A program made the position numbers and the translations under genes. Positions 9,932 to 19,857 of a stretch of 64,000 nt of DNA are shown here, in pieces. The notes under the pieces were generated by a model. The model did not search any database. It saw only the letters and a list, made by a program, of their open reading frames with translations, and was not told the DNA's origin. Source of the stretch: Candidatus Dormiibacterota bacterium (GTDB taxonomy: Bacteria > Chloroflexota > Dormibacteria > Aeolococcales > Aeolococcaceae); contig OY970355.1 of assembly GCA_963718525.1 (NCBI GenBank), forward strand, positions 2,368,001 through 2,432,000, written 5' to 3'. How positions within the stretch are numbered: the stretch's first letter is position 1; each line of letters begins with the position of its first letter.

Positions 9932-10749
9932 CCCGAGCCTGTCGCCCGGCTGCCGTCGCGGCTGGTGTCGCGGCGCTGCTCGCCGCATGCGCCGGGGTGC
10001 CGTCCGCTGCGTCGCGGACGCCGACGCCGAGGCCCACCGTCGTCCTGATCCCAACGCCGAGCCCGACCGCGCAGCTCGTCGGCACCACTCGCACGGTGCT
10101 GAGCCCTCTCGGGCTGCGCATCCACTCCACGCCGGTGCTCGACTCCAGGAACGTGCTCGGCGGCTTCTCGCAGGGACGAACCTTCACCGTCCTCGAGTAT
10201 CAGAGCGGCGGCGGAGGGTGGTTCCGGGTCCAGGGACGGACCCTCACCGGGTGGGTCGTCGCAGACCCGACGCTCACCGCCGCGGGAACCTTCAACCCCT
10301 ACTCGGAGGCGAACGGCGTCACGGCGCTCTACCCGCAGACGTGGGGGTTCCAGCAGGAGTCCTTCGGATCCCTGTTCGTCCCGCAGCAGGGGAGCACCGA
10401 GAGCGCGGTGCTCGACATGGCGACCAGCCTCAAGTCATTCGGCGCTGCCGGGTTACCCGGGTACACCCAGTCGAGCTCGACCCCCGTGCTGGTGTGCGGC
10501 TACACGGGCACTGTCAGCTACTACGTGAAGCAGACGCCGTACTCGGGCCCGACGCCCGCACCGTTGCCGGTACCACATGAGCCTTTCTATGCGGAGGTCC
10601 GCCTCACGATCGATACGACGCACGCCATGCTGATCGGGTTCAACTACCAGAACAGCAGCCAGCTCGAGGTGTTCTCCAACCTGTACAACTCGGTCGCGTT
10701 CCCGTTCCCGCTGTGCGAGAAGACCGCACCGCCGACGGCGTCGCCTTAA
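9907..10749 (+). CDS. putative lipoprotein with SH3-like domain
   Basis: Lipobox LAAC, Pro/Thr linker, LRIHSTP...WFRVQG...GWV SH3b-like pattern; start uncertain. Confidence 0.65.
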   Translation: MSARARRLTRACRPAAVAAGVAALLAACAGVPSAASRTPTPRPTVVLIPTPSPTAQLVGTTRTVLSPLGLRIHSTPVLDSRNVLGGFSQGRTFTVLEYQSGGGGWFRVQGRTLTGWVVADPTLTAAGTFNPYSEANGVTALYPQTWGFQQESFGSLFVPQQGSTESAVLDMATSLKSFGAAGLPGYTQSSSTPVLVCGYTGTVSYYVKQTPYSGPTPAPLPVPHEPFYAEVRLTIDTTHAMLIGFNYQNSSQLEVFSNLYNSVAFPFPLCEKTAPPTASP

Positions 10750-11708
10750 AGCACCGTGCTTCCGGTGCTGTGATTCACGCCAGGCACCGCATTGCTGTTG
10801 ACGATCGTCGTGTTGGCAATTGACATGCCGGCGGCGGCGATCAGCAGGATCGCGACGTAGGCAGCGCCGAGACCCAGACGCCGCGAGGCAGCGGCTTGCG
10901 TCGGATCCGTCGCCGGGTTGCTCCTCCGGAACCTGCCGATGGTGTGGAAGACGCCGAGGATGAGGAAGATGATGCCGATCGGGTTGCCGAACAGGAGCAC
11001 GACACCGGCGACCACCAGGAGGCCGAGCACGTTGATCCATCGGGGGATCGCGTCGGCGACCTTGGCTCCGTCGAGAAAGCCCACCGGAATCAGGTTGATG
11101 AGGTTGAGGAAACAGCCGAAGTACGCGAGCGCGAGCAGCAGGTATCGGAAGTATCCCGGGCTCGCGGCTTCGGCAAGGAGGAAACAGAGCAGCGCGGCCG
11201 CTGTGCCCAGCGCGGGACCGGCGATCGCGATGATGCCCGACTTGCCGGCGTCCGCCGGGGCTCGGCGCAGGTTGGTGACCGCGCCGAGCGGTCCCAGGAA
11301 GATGGGCAACCGCGCAGGCAATCCCATCCACCTCGCAACGATGAAATGCCCGAGCTCGTGGACCAGGATCAGGAGCACGAGGCCGATGGCGAACGCCGGC
11401 CCGAAGAACAGCGTGTAGAACCAGATCGCGATGATCATGGTGATCAGGGTCGGACCGAATGTGCCGAACTTGACCAGAAATAGTCCGTATTTGAAGAACG
11501 CGATGATGGCCGCGACGATGCCGCCGGCGACACCCTCGCGGCGGCGGCGCTGCTGGCGCGGCGCTGTCGGGCTGTGCTGCTGGATCGCCTGGTGTGCCGG
11601 CGGCGGCGGCGGCAGCCAGGGGGCGCCGTCGCCGGAGGTTGTCACCGAGCTGTCCGGGAGCCACTGATAGATCGGGGGCTCGTCGTCCGGCGGGGGAAGT
11701 TGACTCAT
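10746..11708 (-). CDS. site-2 protease family (M50) membrane metalloprotease
   Basis: HELGH, AGP, NLIPVGFLDG motifs. Confidence 0.92.
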   Translation of the reverse strand: MSQLPPPDDEPPIYQWLPDSSVTTSGDGAPWLPPPPPAHQAIQQHSPTAPRQQRRRREGVAGGIVAAIIAFFKYGLFLVKFGTFGPTLITMIIAIWFYTLFFGPAFAIGLVLLILVHELGHFIVARWMGLPARLPIFLGPLGAVTNLRRAPADAGKSGIIAIAGPALGTAAALLCFLLAEAASPGYFRYLLLALAYFGCFLNLINLIPVGFLDGAKVADAIPRWINVLGLLVVAGVVLLFGNPIGIIFLILGVFHTIGRFRRSNPATDPTQAAASRRLGLGAAYVAILLIAAAGMSIANTTIVNSNAVPGVNHSTGSTVL

Positions 11709-11775
11709 CTGTATCGATCATGGCACGCCCTGCCGAACCCGCCGGTGAATCGTTGGCGGTAAGGTGTGCCGTCAC

Positions 11776-12669
11776 ATGAGTGGTGACAGCCTGTCGGGCA
11801 TACGGATCGGCATCGTCGGCACCGGCGTGATGGCCGAGGCGATGCTGGCCGGCCTACTCGAGAACGAGCTCGTGCCGGCGCGCAGTGTCGTCTGCACGCA
11901 TCCGCGTGCGGCGCGCCGCGAGGCCCTCGCAGCGACCTATCACGTGAACGTCACAGCGCTGAACCTCGAGGCGACCGTGGACACCGACGTCGTCCTGCTC
12001 GGCGTCAAGCCGCAGATGCTCGGCGGGGTCATGGCGGAGCTCCGCGGCTCCCTGCGTCCCGAGCAGCTGGTGATCAGCATCATCGCCGGGGCGACGACCA
12101 CGGCGCTCAGCGAGGGGTTGGACCACAAAGCAGTGGTGCGCTGCATGCCGAACACCCCCGCCCAGATCGGTCGAGGGGTCACCGTCTGGTATGCAACCGA
12201 CAGCGTCGACGAGGTGGGCAAGGCTCGAACCCGCGCCATGCTGGCCGCACTCGGGCGGGAGTTCGGGGTGCACGACGAGCGCCAGGTGGCGATGGCCACG
12301 GCGGTGAGCGGAACCGGCCCCACCTACATCTTCCTGTTCATCGAGGCGCTGACCGATGCGGCCGTGCATCTCGGGTTTCCCCGTCACGTGGCACGGGAGC
12401 TCGTGCTCGACACCATGCAGGGGAGCGCGGAGTTCGCGCTTCGGAGTGGCAAGCATGTGGCCGAGCTTCGCGACATGGTGACCTCGCCGGGAGGGACATC
12501 GGCCGAGGCGCTCTACCAGCTCGAGCGCGGCGGCCTTCGGACCGTGGTCAGCGACGCCGTGTGGGCTGCGTTCGAGCGAACCCTCCGGATCGAGGCGACC
12601 CTGGAGCAGCGCGAACCAGGTCCGGCGACCTCGTCACCGCAACGCACGATCCGACCGTCGAGGTCCTGA
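11776..12669 (+). CDS. proC: pyrroline-5-carboxylate reductase
   Basis: GTGVMA, VKPQ, RCMPNTP, VTSPGGTS motifs. Confidence 0.95.
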   Translation: MSGDSLSGIRIGIVGTGVMAEAMLAGLLENELVPARSVVCTHPRAARREALAATYHVNVTALNLEATVDTDVVLLGVKPQMLGGVMAELRGSLRPEQLVISIIAGATTTALSEGLDHKAVVRCMPNTPAQIGRGVTVWYATDSVDEVGKARTRAMLAALGREFGVHDERQVAMATAVSGTGPTYIFLFIEALTDAAVHLGFPRHVARELVLDTMQGSAEFALRSGKHVAELRDMVTSPGGTSAEALYQLERGGLRTVVSDAVWAAFERTLRIEATLEQREPGPATSSPQRTIRPSRS

Positions 12670-12705
12670 CCTGCCGTCACGGGGCCTGCAATACTCCCAT
12701 CCACG

Positions 12706-13950
12706 ATGCCCAGAACCCATCTCATCGGCATGTTGCTCGGGGTCGAGGAGGACTGGCCGGCCGCCTTCGAGGCGCTGCTGGCGCGGGCCGATCTCTCGGT
12801 GCGCGAGGGCGGTGAGACGCATCGCTTCAGCACCGAGCGCGTCACCATCGAGCCCTTCGATCTGCGCATGAAGCCGCGTCATTCACTGGTCATCGACCGC
12901 CTCGGCTGGTGGTATCCGATGCCCCGCGAGTGGTTGAAGAAGGTGGTGCTCATGGACCGCGTTCATCTGCTCAACAACCCGTTCACGTTCCAGGCCATGG
13001 AGAAGCACGCGGCCTACTGCGCGATGATCCGCCTCGGCCTCAAGGTCCCCGAGACATGGATGCTGCCCAACAAGACACCGCCGGACAATCCGCGGTTTGC
13101 CGGCACGGCGCAGCGGTATCTGCGCTACTTCGACCTCGAGGCCGTCGCCCGAGCAGTCGGGATGCCGCTGTACATGAAGCCGTTTGACGGTGGTGCGTGG
13201 GTGGGTGTGAGCCGCATCGAGAACGCCGAGACGCTGTACCGCGCCTACGACGAGTCCGAGCAGCGGCTGATGCATCTCCAGGCATCGGTCGATGGATACG
13301 ACGCATTCGCGCGGAGCCTCGGCATCGGCGCGGAGTCGATTGTGCTGCACTTCCATCCGGAGCGGCCGATGCACGAGCGATATTCCGTGGATCACGGTTT
13401 CCTCAGCGCGCGCGCCGGCGACGAGGTGGTGACCATCCTGCGCACCGTCAACGCGTTTTTCCGCTGGGAGCTCAACAGCTGCGAAACCCTGGTCCGGGGC
13501 GATGACGTGTATCCCATCGACTACGCAAACGCGACCCCGGACCTCGCCCTCACCAGCCTGCACTATTACTTCCCGTGGGCGATCCGAAGCCTGTTGAAAT
13601 GGGTCGTGTTCTGCTGCGTCACGGGTCGTCTGCAGTCGGTTGACCTCGACACCGAAAAATACTTCGCGATCGCCGACCGCGCGGATCTGAGCTATGAGGA
13701 GAAGCTCGCCGGATACCGCAAGCTCGCCGACACTCAGCTCGAGGTCGAGCGGTATCGCGAGTTCTGCGCCCGGCACCTCGCCCACGTCGACGAGGTGTCG
13801 GTGGCCTGGGTGGAAAGCCCCGACTTCGACCGGATCATCGTCGACACGGTCCGGAACACGTTCCCGGCATACGAGCAGGAGCAGTTCATCGCGCACTTCC
13901 GCGGTCTGCTGGCTGCGTGGGCTCATGATCAACGCGTGGAGGCGGCGTAG
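12706..13950 (+). CDS. ATP-grasp (RimK/glutathione-synthetase-like) protein of unknown function
   Basis: LLNNPF, PLYMKPFDGGAWVGVSRI, PIDYANATPD. Confidence 0.8.
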   Translation: MPRTHLIGMLLGVEEDWPAAFEALLARADLSVREGGETHRFSTERVTIEPFDLRMKPRHSLVIDRLGWWYPMPREWLKKVVLMDRVHLLNNPFTFQAMEKHAAYCAMIRLGLKVPETWMLPNKTPPDNPRFAGTAQRYLRYFDLEAVARAVGMPLYMKPFDGGAWVGVSRIENAETLYRAYDESEQRLMHLQASVDGYDAFARSLGIGAESIVLHFHPERPMHERYSVDHGFLSARAGDEVVTILRTVNAFFRWELNSCETLVRGDDVYPIDYANATPDLALTSLHYYFPWAIRSLLKWVVFCCVTGRLQSVDLDTEKYFAIADRADLSYEEKLAGYRKLADTQLEVERYREFCARHLAHVDEVSVAWVESPDFDRIIVDTVRNTFPAYEQEQFIAHFRGLLAAWAHDQRVEAA

Positions 13951-13962
13951 AGTCGATCCCTC

Positions 13963-15156
13963 ATGACCCACATCGAATTCGTTTCCAGTCCGCGGCCCAC
14001 CGTTGGCGTGGAGATGGAGCTGGAGCTCATCAACCGCGACACGCGTGAGCTGGTGAGCGGCGCACATGAAATTCTCGGGGAGATGGGCGCTCCGCACGGC
14101 GAAGCGGGGCATCCAAAGGCCAAGAAGGAACTCCTCCAGTCGACAGTCGAGATCATCACCGGCATCTGTGAGACCGTGGCCGACATCAAGGCGGATCTCG
14201 CGGCGACCATGGCGGAGCTGCGCGAGCACACCGAGCCGCGCAACCTCGAGATCATGTGCTCGGGAACGCATCCGTTCAGCGATCCCGCGCTCCAGGAGAT
14301 CAGTCCTGATCCGCGCTATCTCAGGCTGGTCAACGACATGCAGTGGCCCGCAAAGCAGATGCAGATCTTTGGCATCCACGTGCACGTCGGGGTGCGCAGC
14401 GGGGAGAAGGCCATCGCGATGGTGAATGCGCTCTCCGCCTACATCCCGCATTTCCTCGCGTTGTCGGCGTCGAGCCCGTACTGGATGGGGCACGAGACCG
14501 GCATGGCGTCGTGGCGCTCCAAGGTGTTCGAGAGTCTTCCGACCGCCGGCCCACCGTGGCTGCTGAGCGGCTGGCCGCAGTTCGAGCAGTTGATGGACAC
14601 GCTGATCTCGTCGCGCACCATCAAGACGATTCGCGAGGTGTGGTGGGACATCCGACCCCACCCGGCCTTCGGTACCGTGGAGATCCGCGTCTGCGACGGC
14701 ATCCCCACGCTGCGCGAGGTGGGCGTCGTTGCCGCGTTGAGTCAGTGCCTGGTGCACCAGTTCGACGTGATGATCGACCGCGGCTACACGCTGCCGACGC
14801 CCCGCGCGTGGCTGGTCCGTGAGAACAAGTGGCGCGCTGCCCGTCACGGCCTCGACGCGTCGATCATCGTTGATGAGGGCGGCACAACCGTGCCGTTGCG
14901 CCAGGCGATTCGCGAGCTCGTCGAGGACCTGACCCCGGTTGCGGCACGTCTGGGATGCACGAGCGAGCTCCGCGGCGCCGTCGACATCATGGACCGCGGG
15001 TCGAGCTACATCCGGCAGCGTGAGGTCGTCGCCGCGGGAGGGTCCCTTGCCGACGTGGTGGACAGCCTGATCGCGGAGTTGCGTGCCGACATGCCGGCAC
15101 CACGTTCAGCGGTGCTCGAAGCGGTGGGCAAGCAGGCGGTCGCCGCCGGCGACTGA
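13963..15156 (+). CDS. glutamate-cysteine ligase family 2 / YbdK-like carboxylate-amine ligase
   Basis: TVGVEMEL, FGIHVHVG, LALSASSPYW, WWDIRPHPAFGTVEIRVCD, ENKWRAARHG. Confidence 0.93.
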   Translation: MTHIEFVSSPRPTVGVEMELELINRDTRELVSGAHEILGEMGAPHGEAGHPKAKKELLQSTVEIITGICETVADIKADLAATMAELREHTEPRNLEIMCSGTHPFSDPALQEISPDPRYLRLVNDMQWPAKQMQIFGIHVHVGVRSGEKAIAMVNALSAYIPHFLALSASSPYWMGHETGMASWRSKVFESLPTAGPPWLLSGWPQFEQLMDTLISSRTIKTIREVWWDIRPHPAFGTVEIRVCDGIPTLREVGVVAALSQCLVHQFDVMIDRGYTLPTPRAWLVRENKWRAARHGLDASIIVDEGGTTVPLRQAIRELVEDLTPVAARLGCTSELRGAVDIMDRGSSYIRQREVVAAGGSLADVVDSLIAELRADMPAPRSAVLEAVGKQAVAAGD

Positions 15157-15192
15157 CGGCACACCGGCGCTCTGCGTCGTGTCGGGGCGACG

Positions 15193-16417
15193 TCAGTACG
15201 CGTAGAGCTGCAGCTCGGTCGCGAAGCGATCGGCAATCTCGATGCACGAACTCGAGCATCGGATGACGGACGATGACCATGCCGTCCGAGATCAGCGTCA
15301 TCAACCAGTCGCGCCGCGGCGCTCCGATCGGCACAAGGTCGATGGCGCAGACCCATTCATCGTAATCGGAGAGCAGCCGCGAGAGCCCGTCGACGTGCGT
15401 GATCCGTCCCTGTCCCTGGGCACGTTTGAAGATGGACGCGGCATTGTAGCGGCGGTCGATCGGCTCGGAGAGGCGTCCGTGGATGAGCGCTTCGGCCCAC
15501 TGCTGGAACAGGTCGATGTCGTTCGCGAAATTCATCACATCGACGGTGCGAGCGCCGGGTGGGCGCGCTCCGATCTCGCCGAACACCACCTCGCCGTTGT
15601 CGCGCCGGTACCACTCCATGTGCGTGAACCCGTCGCGGAACTGGAGAGCGCGCAGCACGTCGCGGCCCATGGCTCGGCCACTCGAGAGCTCGGGTGCGTC
15701 GATGTCGCGCATGACCATGGTCACCGGGCTGATCCACTCGAGCTGGCGCGCGATCAGCGGTCGCGGCCGGTACCAAGCGACGTTGTCGAACAGCACCTCG
15801 CCGCGCGAGCAGATGGTGTCGTACGTGTACTCGGTCGCCTCGACGAATTCCTCGACGCTGACCTCGTCCACCCACACGAGCTTGGGCAGCACGCTCTCGA
15901 GCTCGGTTGGGCTATCCACACGATACGTGTCGGCGGATCCCGCGCCGGCGATCGGCTTGACGATGATCGGAAAGCCGATGCGCTCCGCGGCGCCGCGGAC
16001 GGCCACCGCTGTCGTGCACCGGTAGTGGTGCGGCGTCCGGATTCCCGCCGCATCGAGCACCTGCTTCATCCGCTCCTTGTCGCGAAACGGGATGGTCTGC
16101 TCGACGGTCATCCCGGGGATACCCAGGGTTTCGCGGATCCGCGCGGCGAGCACCATCGTGGGCTCCCACAACGACGCCACGTGGTCGATGTGAAGGCCGG
16201 AGGACCGCCGCGCCACCTCGAGGACAATCGCGTCCTCGTCGGCGAAGGACGGCACCTGCCAGTACGCCGCCAAGTGGTCGCGGGCCATGTTCGGGAGCGC
16301 GGAGACGGATTGATCGCCGGCGCCGATGACCTGTGCACCGGCGCGAGCAAGACCACGAGTGAAGAACGGCATCTCCGCGGGGTAGCCCGGCGAGATCATC
16401 AGGACCGTCACGTTCAT
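15193..16417 (-). CDS. ATP-grasp domain protein; +1 frameshift near 15250 close to the C-terminus
   Basis: FRDKERMK, IVKPIAGAGS, HMEWY, GEIGARPPG; removing one base at 15249/15250 gives ...LESCIEIADRFATELQLYAY* ending at 15193 and removes the overlap with the YbdK-like gene. Confidence 0.87.
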
Positions 16418-17643
16418 GAGCTTCCCCCCAGCTCGACTCGCGCGACCTCGACGACGCGGCGCAGCCCCGCTTCGACCACCGACGTCTCGGGGTGCCGCAG
16501 GATCACGTGCCCCTCACCTTCGTAGGTCCCCGATGATAACTGCCCCGCCTCGGGCAGCGCGGCCTCGACCACGAGGTCACCGAGCTCGCGTTGCAGGACA
16601 TCGAGTCCGTGGATGCCGACCACCGACCCGGTGCCCTGACCGCGAAGGTATGCCGCGCCGACGGCGTAGCGGCGCTCGGGTGGTGAGAAGTCGCCGAAGA
16701 TCTCCAGGCGCGCCCATGCCGCGTACATGTCCGTGTCGTGCGCATACGAGAGCAACGACGTGAATTGCGCGCCCGGCGGCCGCGCAGCCACCTCGCTGAT
16801 GGCGACGGCGCCGTCGGGGCGTCTGAACCACTCCATGTGGGTGAGGCCGGTCTGCAGCCCGAGCGCACGGAGGCCGCGCACGGCATCGAGGCGGATCGGG
16901 TCGTACTCCGCGCCGGAGATGTCGCGCGGCAGCAGGACCGCCCATTGGATCCAGGGGTTTTCGAGCACCTCGAGTGGGGTCGGCAGATAGCGAGAGATCG
17001 AATGCCAGACGAGCTCCCCGTCGATGAGCACGCTGTCGAAGCTGTGCTCGGCGCCGATTACCATCTGCTCGAGGAGCACCGGGTGGGCATCGCCTGGCGG
17101 GTCGACGTGCAGCCAGGCTTCGAGCTGCGAGTCGCCGTCGAGGCGGAACGTCGAACGTGCGCCGGCCCCGGCGGGCGGCTTGGCGACGAGCGGATATCCC
17201 AGCTCCGCAGCCGCAGCCCGAGCTTCGCCGGCGGAATGGACAAGCCGGTGTCGCGCGCAAGGCACCCCGTGTGCCTCGAACACCGTCTTCATGCGCGCCT
17301 TGTCGCGAAAGTTGCGTGCAACCGCGGCGCCCAGCCCTGGAATGCCCAGCGCGTCGCGGACCTCGCCGAGCGGCACCTGCAGCTGCTCGAGCATGCCGAG
17401 CAGGCGATCGACGCTGCCCAGGTGCCGCGCCATCACCCGGGTTGCATCGGCAATCTGCTGCGGGTCGGTGCCGTCCGCCACGCGATAGTGCCCGGCCAGC
17501 GCGGAGCGGATGTCATCCGGGAGGCGTTCCTCCGGATCCTGGCTGATCAGGCCGAGGCGGACATTCGGCAGCGATGCGGCTGCAGCGATGAACCGTGCTG
17601 TGGCCGGGAGCAGAAAAGGGGCAACGAAGACCGCATTCGCCAT
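16414..17643 (-). CDS. ATP-grasp domain protein
   Basis: FRDKARMK, VAKPPAGAGA, THMEWF, SEVAARPPG. Confidence 0.9.
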   Translation of the reverse strand: MANAVFVAPFLLPATARFIAAAASLPNVRLGLISQDPEERLPDDIRSALAGHYRVADGTDPQQIADATRVMARHLGSVDRLLGMLEQLQVPLGEVRDALGIPGLGAAVARNFRDKARMKTVFEAHGVPCARHRLVHSAGEARAAAAELGYPLVAKPPAGAGARSTFRLDGDSQLEAWLHVDPPGDAHPVLLEQMVIGAEHSFDSVLIDGELVWHSISRYLPTPLEVLENPWIQWAVLLPRDISGAEYDPIRLDAVRGLRALGLQTGLTHMEWFRRPDGAVAISEVAARPPGAQFTSLLSYAHDTDMYAAWARLEIFGDFSPPERRYAVGAAYLRGQGTGSVVGIHGLDVLQRELGDLVVEAALPEAGQLSSGTYEGEGHVILRHPETSVVEAGLRRVVEVARVELGGSS

Positions 17644-17708
17644 TCAGCTTTCGCGAGTTTAAACACGGGGCGAGGGCCGGGTCGCGACCCACCGGGTAGG
17701 ATCTGTGC

Positions 17709-18932
17709 GTGAACGTCATCTTCGTGGAGCCCGCCTTCCCGGCGAATCAGCGCGAGTTCGTCCGCGGTCTTGCGGAGGCCGGCGCCAACGTGATCGGGAT
17801 CGGCGAGCGACCACCCGACTGGCTCGATGACGACCTGCGCAGATGGATGCTGCATTACGAGCAGATCCCGAACGTCACGGACGTCGGCGCGCTCATCGAG
17901 GCCGTGCGGTTCGCGCAGGGCAAGGTGTGGGTCGATGCGCTCGAGTCGACGATCGAGTCGCACACGATGGCCGCGGCGTACGCGCGTGAGGCCTGCGGCA
18001 TCCCGGGGACCTCGGTGCGCACCGCGTACCTCTGCCGGGACAAGCCGGCGATGAAGGATGCACTGCGCACCGTCGGGATCCAGACAGCGCAGTCGACCGG
18101 GGCGACCAGCGCGGCCGAGGTGCGCGACTTCGTCGCGGCTGTCGGTTATCCGATCATCCTGAAGCCCCGCGCTGCGGCCGGGGCGTCCGGAACATCACGT
18201 GTCGACTCCGACGCGGAGCTCGATCGCGCACTGGCCGAGCTCGGTGCTTCCGGCGCGGCTGACATCGCCGTCGAGGAGTTCGTCGAAGGTCACGAGGGCT
18301 TCTACGACACGATCAGCATCGACGGCCGTCCGGCCTATGACTTCATGTCGCACTACTACCCGAACGTCCTGGAGGCGATGCGCGAACGCTGGATCAGCCC
18401 CCAGTTCATCTCGACCAACCGGATCAACTCCTCCGCGGATTACGCGGAGGTGCGCGAGCTCGGCCGGCGCGCCATCGAGGCGCTCGGGATCGGGACATCC
18501 GCAACCCACATGGAGTGGTTCTTCGGCCCCAAGGGACTTCGCTTCAGTGAGATCGGCTGCCGCCCGCCCGGCGTCCGCGCATGGGATCTGTACGCAGCCG
18601 GCAACGACATCGACATCTACAGGGAGTGGGCGAACACGATCGTGCACCACACGGTCGAGCGACCGCTGTCCCGGCGCCGCGCTGCCGGTATCGTCGCGCT
18701 GCGCCCTGACCGGGACGGCACGATCAGTCACTACGACGGCATCGAGGACGTGCAGCGCCAGTTCGGCGAGTGGATCCTCGACATGCACCTGCCCCCCTCA
18801 GGGACGCCGACCCAACCGGTGGAGGCGGGGTACATGGCCAACGCATGGATACGCATGGCTCATCCCGACTACGACACCGTGCACCGCATGCTCGACGTCG
18901 TAGGGGAGACGGTCCGCGTGCGCGCCTCGTGA
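17709..18932 (+). CDS. ATP-grasp domain protein
   Basis: CRDKPAMK, ILKPRAAAGA, THMEWF, SEIGCRPPG. Confidence 0.9.
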   Translation: MNVIFVEPAFPANQREFVRGLAEAGANVIGIGERPPDWLDDDLRRWMLHYEQIPNVTDVGALIEAVRFAQGKVWVDALESTIESHTMAAAYAREACGIPGTSVRTAYLCRDKPAMKDALRTVGIQTAQSTGATSAAEVRDFVAAVGYPIILKPRAAAGASGTSRVDSDAELDRALAELGASGAADIAVEEFVEGHEGFYDTISIDGRPAYDFMSHYYPNVLEAMRERWISPQFISTNRINSSADYAEVRELGRRAIEALGIGTSATHMEWFFGPKGLRFSEIGCRPPGVRAWDLYAAGNDIDIYREWANTIVHHTVERPLSRRRAAGIVALRPDRDGTISHYDGIEDVQRQFGEWILDMHLPPSGTPTQPVEAGYMANAWIRMAHPDYDTVHRMLDVVGETVRVRAS

Positions 18933-19855
18933 GGCAGGTGACCCTGCTTGGACCGCTCGATGGGGTCGATCTGGCGGTGGAGGTGGCGGCGCTCGGCGTC
19001 GGCGGGCCGGTCGCGCTCATCACCGCAGGCTGGGAGGAGGGCGAGCGCAACGACGCTGAGATCGACAGGCGGTTGGGCGGCGGCTCTCGCAATCTCAACC
19101 TCTACGGGCGCCGGCTCGACGTGCTCGAAAGTGACCCCGGCTACGCCGACGCCGAGCGACTGATGCGGGCGCAGCTCGACGAGCTGCGCGAGCTCTACCT
19201 CCTGCGCCTGCGCCATGCGCTCGAAGGAGTCGACGTCGTCCGTCGGCGGTTCGCCGAGGCGCAGGGGCGCCCGGGCCCAGAGCTGGATGCCGCCATCGAG
19301 GCCGTGAGAACGCTGGACGAATCGCACGTGGCAGCGATCGGAGCGGCGTACGAGCGCTTCTACTCGCTCTATCCGCCGCACGAGCGAGCGAGCATCTCCA
19401 GACATCGGGTGGAGGTCGCCTCGATCGTTGCCGAGTGCGGCGCGATCGCCATCGCCGGAGGCCACGTGGGCGTGCTCAACGACTGCCTGCATCTCTGCAA
19501 CCTTGCGATGCTTATCGAGGATCGCCCCTTGATCGCGTGGTCCTCGGGCTGCATGGCGATCTCTGAGCGGATCCTTGTCATTGACGACGATGACCCCGCC
19601 GGGCGGCCCGACGAGGTGTATGACATCGGAATCGGTGTCGCTCGGGGCATGGTTGCGCTGCCGGCAGCTAACCGCCTCCACGCACATGATCCTGACCGCC
19701 TGGCGGTGCTCGCCCGGCGCTGCGCGCCTGGCATCTGCGTGATCCTCAACTCCGGCGACCGCATGGATCTGCACTCGGGGGTGGCCGCCGATCTCAGCTC
19801 GGTACGGGTGATCTCGGGCGATGGCCAGGTCGTTCGGGGGGCGGAAGCCGCCTGA
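18929..19855 (+). CDS. class I glutamine-amidotransferase-like / peptidase S51 (cyanophycinase-like) protein
   Basis: ITAGWEEGE, IAGGHVGVL, nucleophile-elbow-like AWSSGCMA; GTGA overlap with the upstream gene. Confidence 0.65.
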   Translation: MRQVTLLGPLDGVDLAVEVAALGVGGPVALITAGWEEGERNDAEIDRRLGGGSRNLNLYGRRLDVLESDPGYADAERLMRAQLDELRELYLLRLRHALEGVDVVRRRFAEAQGRPGPELDAAIEAVRTLDESHVAAIGAAYERFYSLYPPHERASISRHRVEVASIVAECGAIAIAGGHVGVLNDCLHLCNLAMLIEDRPLIAWSSGCMAISERILVIDDDDPAGRPDEVYDIGIGVARGMVALPAANRLHAHDPDRLAVLARRCAPGICVILNSGDRMDLHSGVAADLSSVRVISGDGQVVRGAEAA

Positions 19856-19857
19856 CC

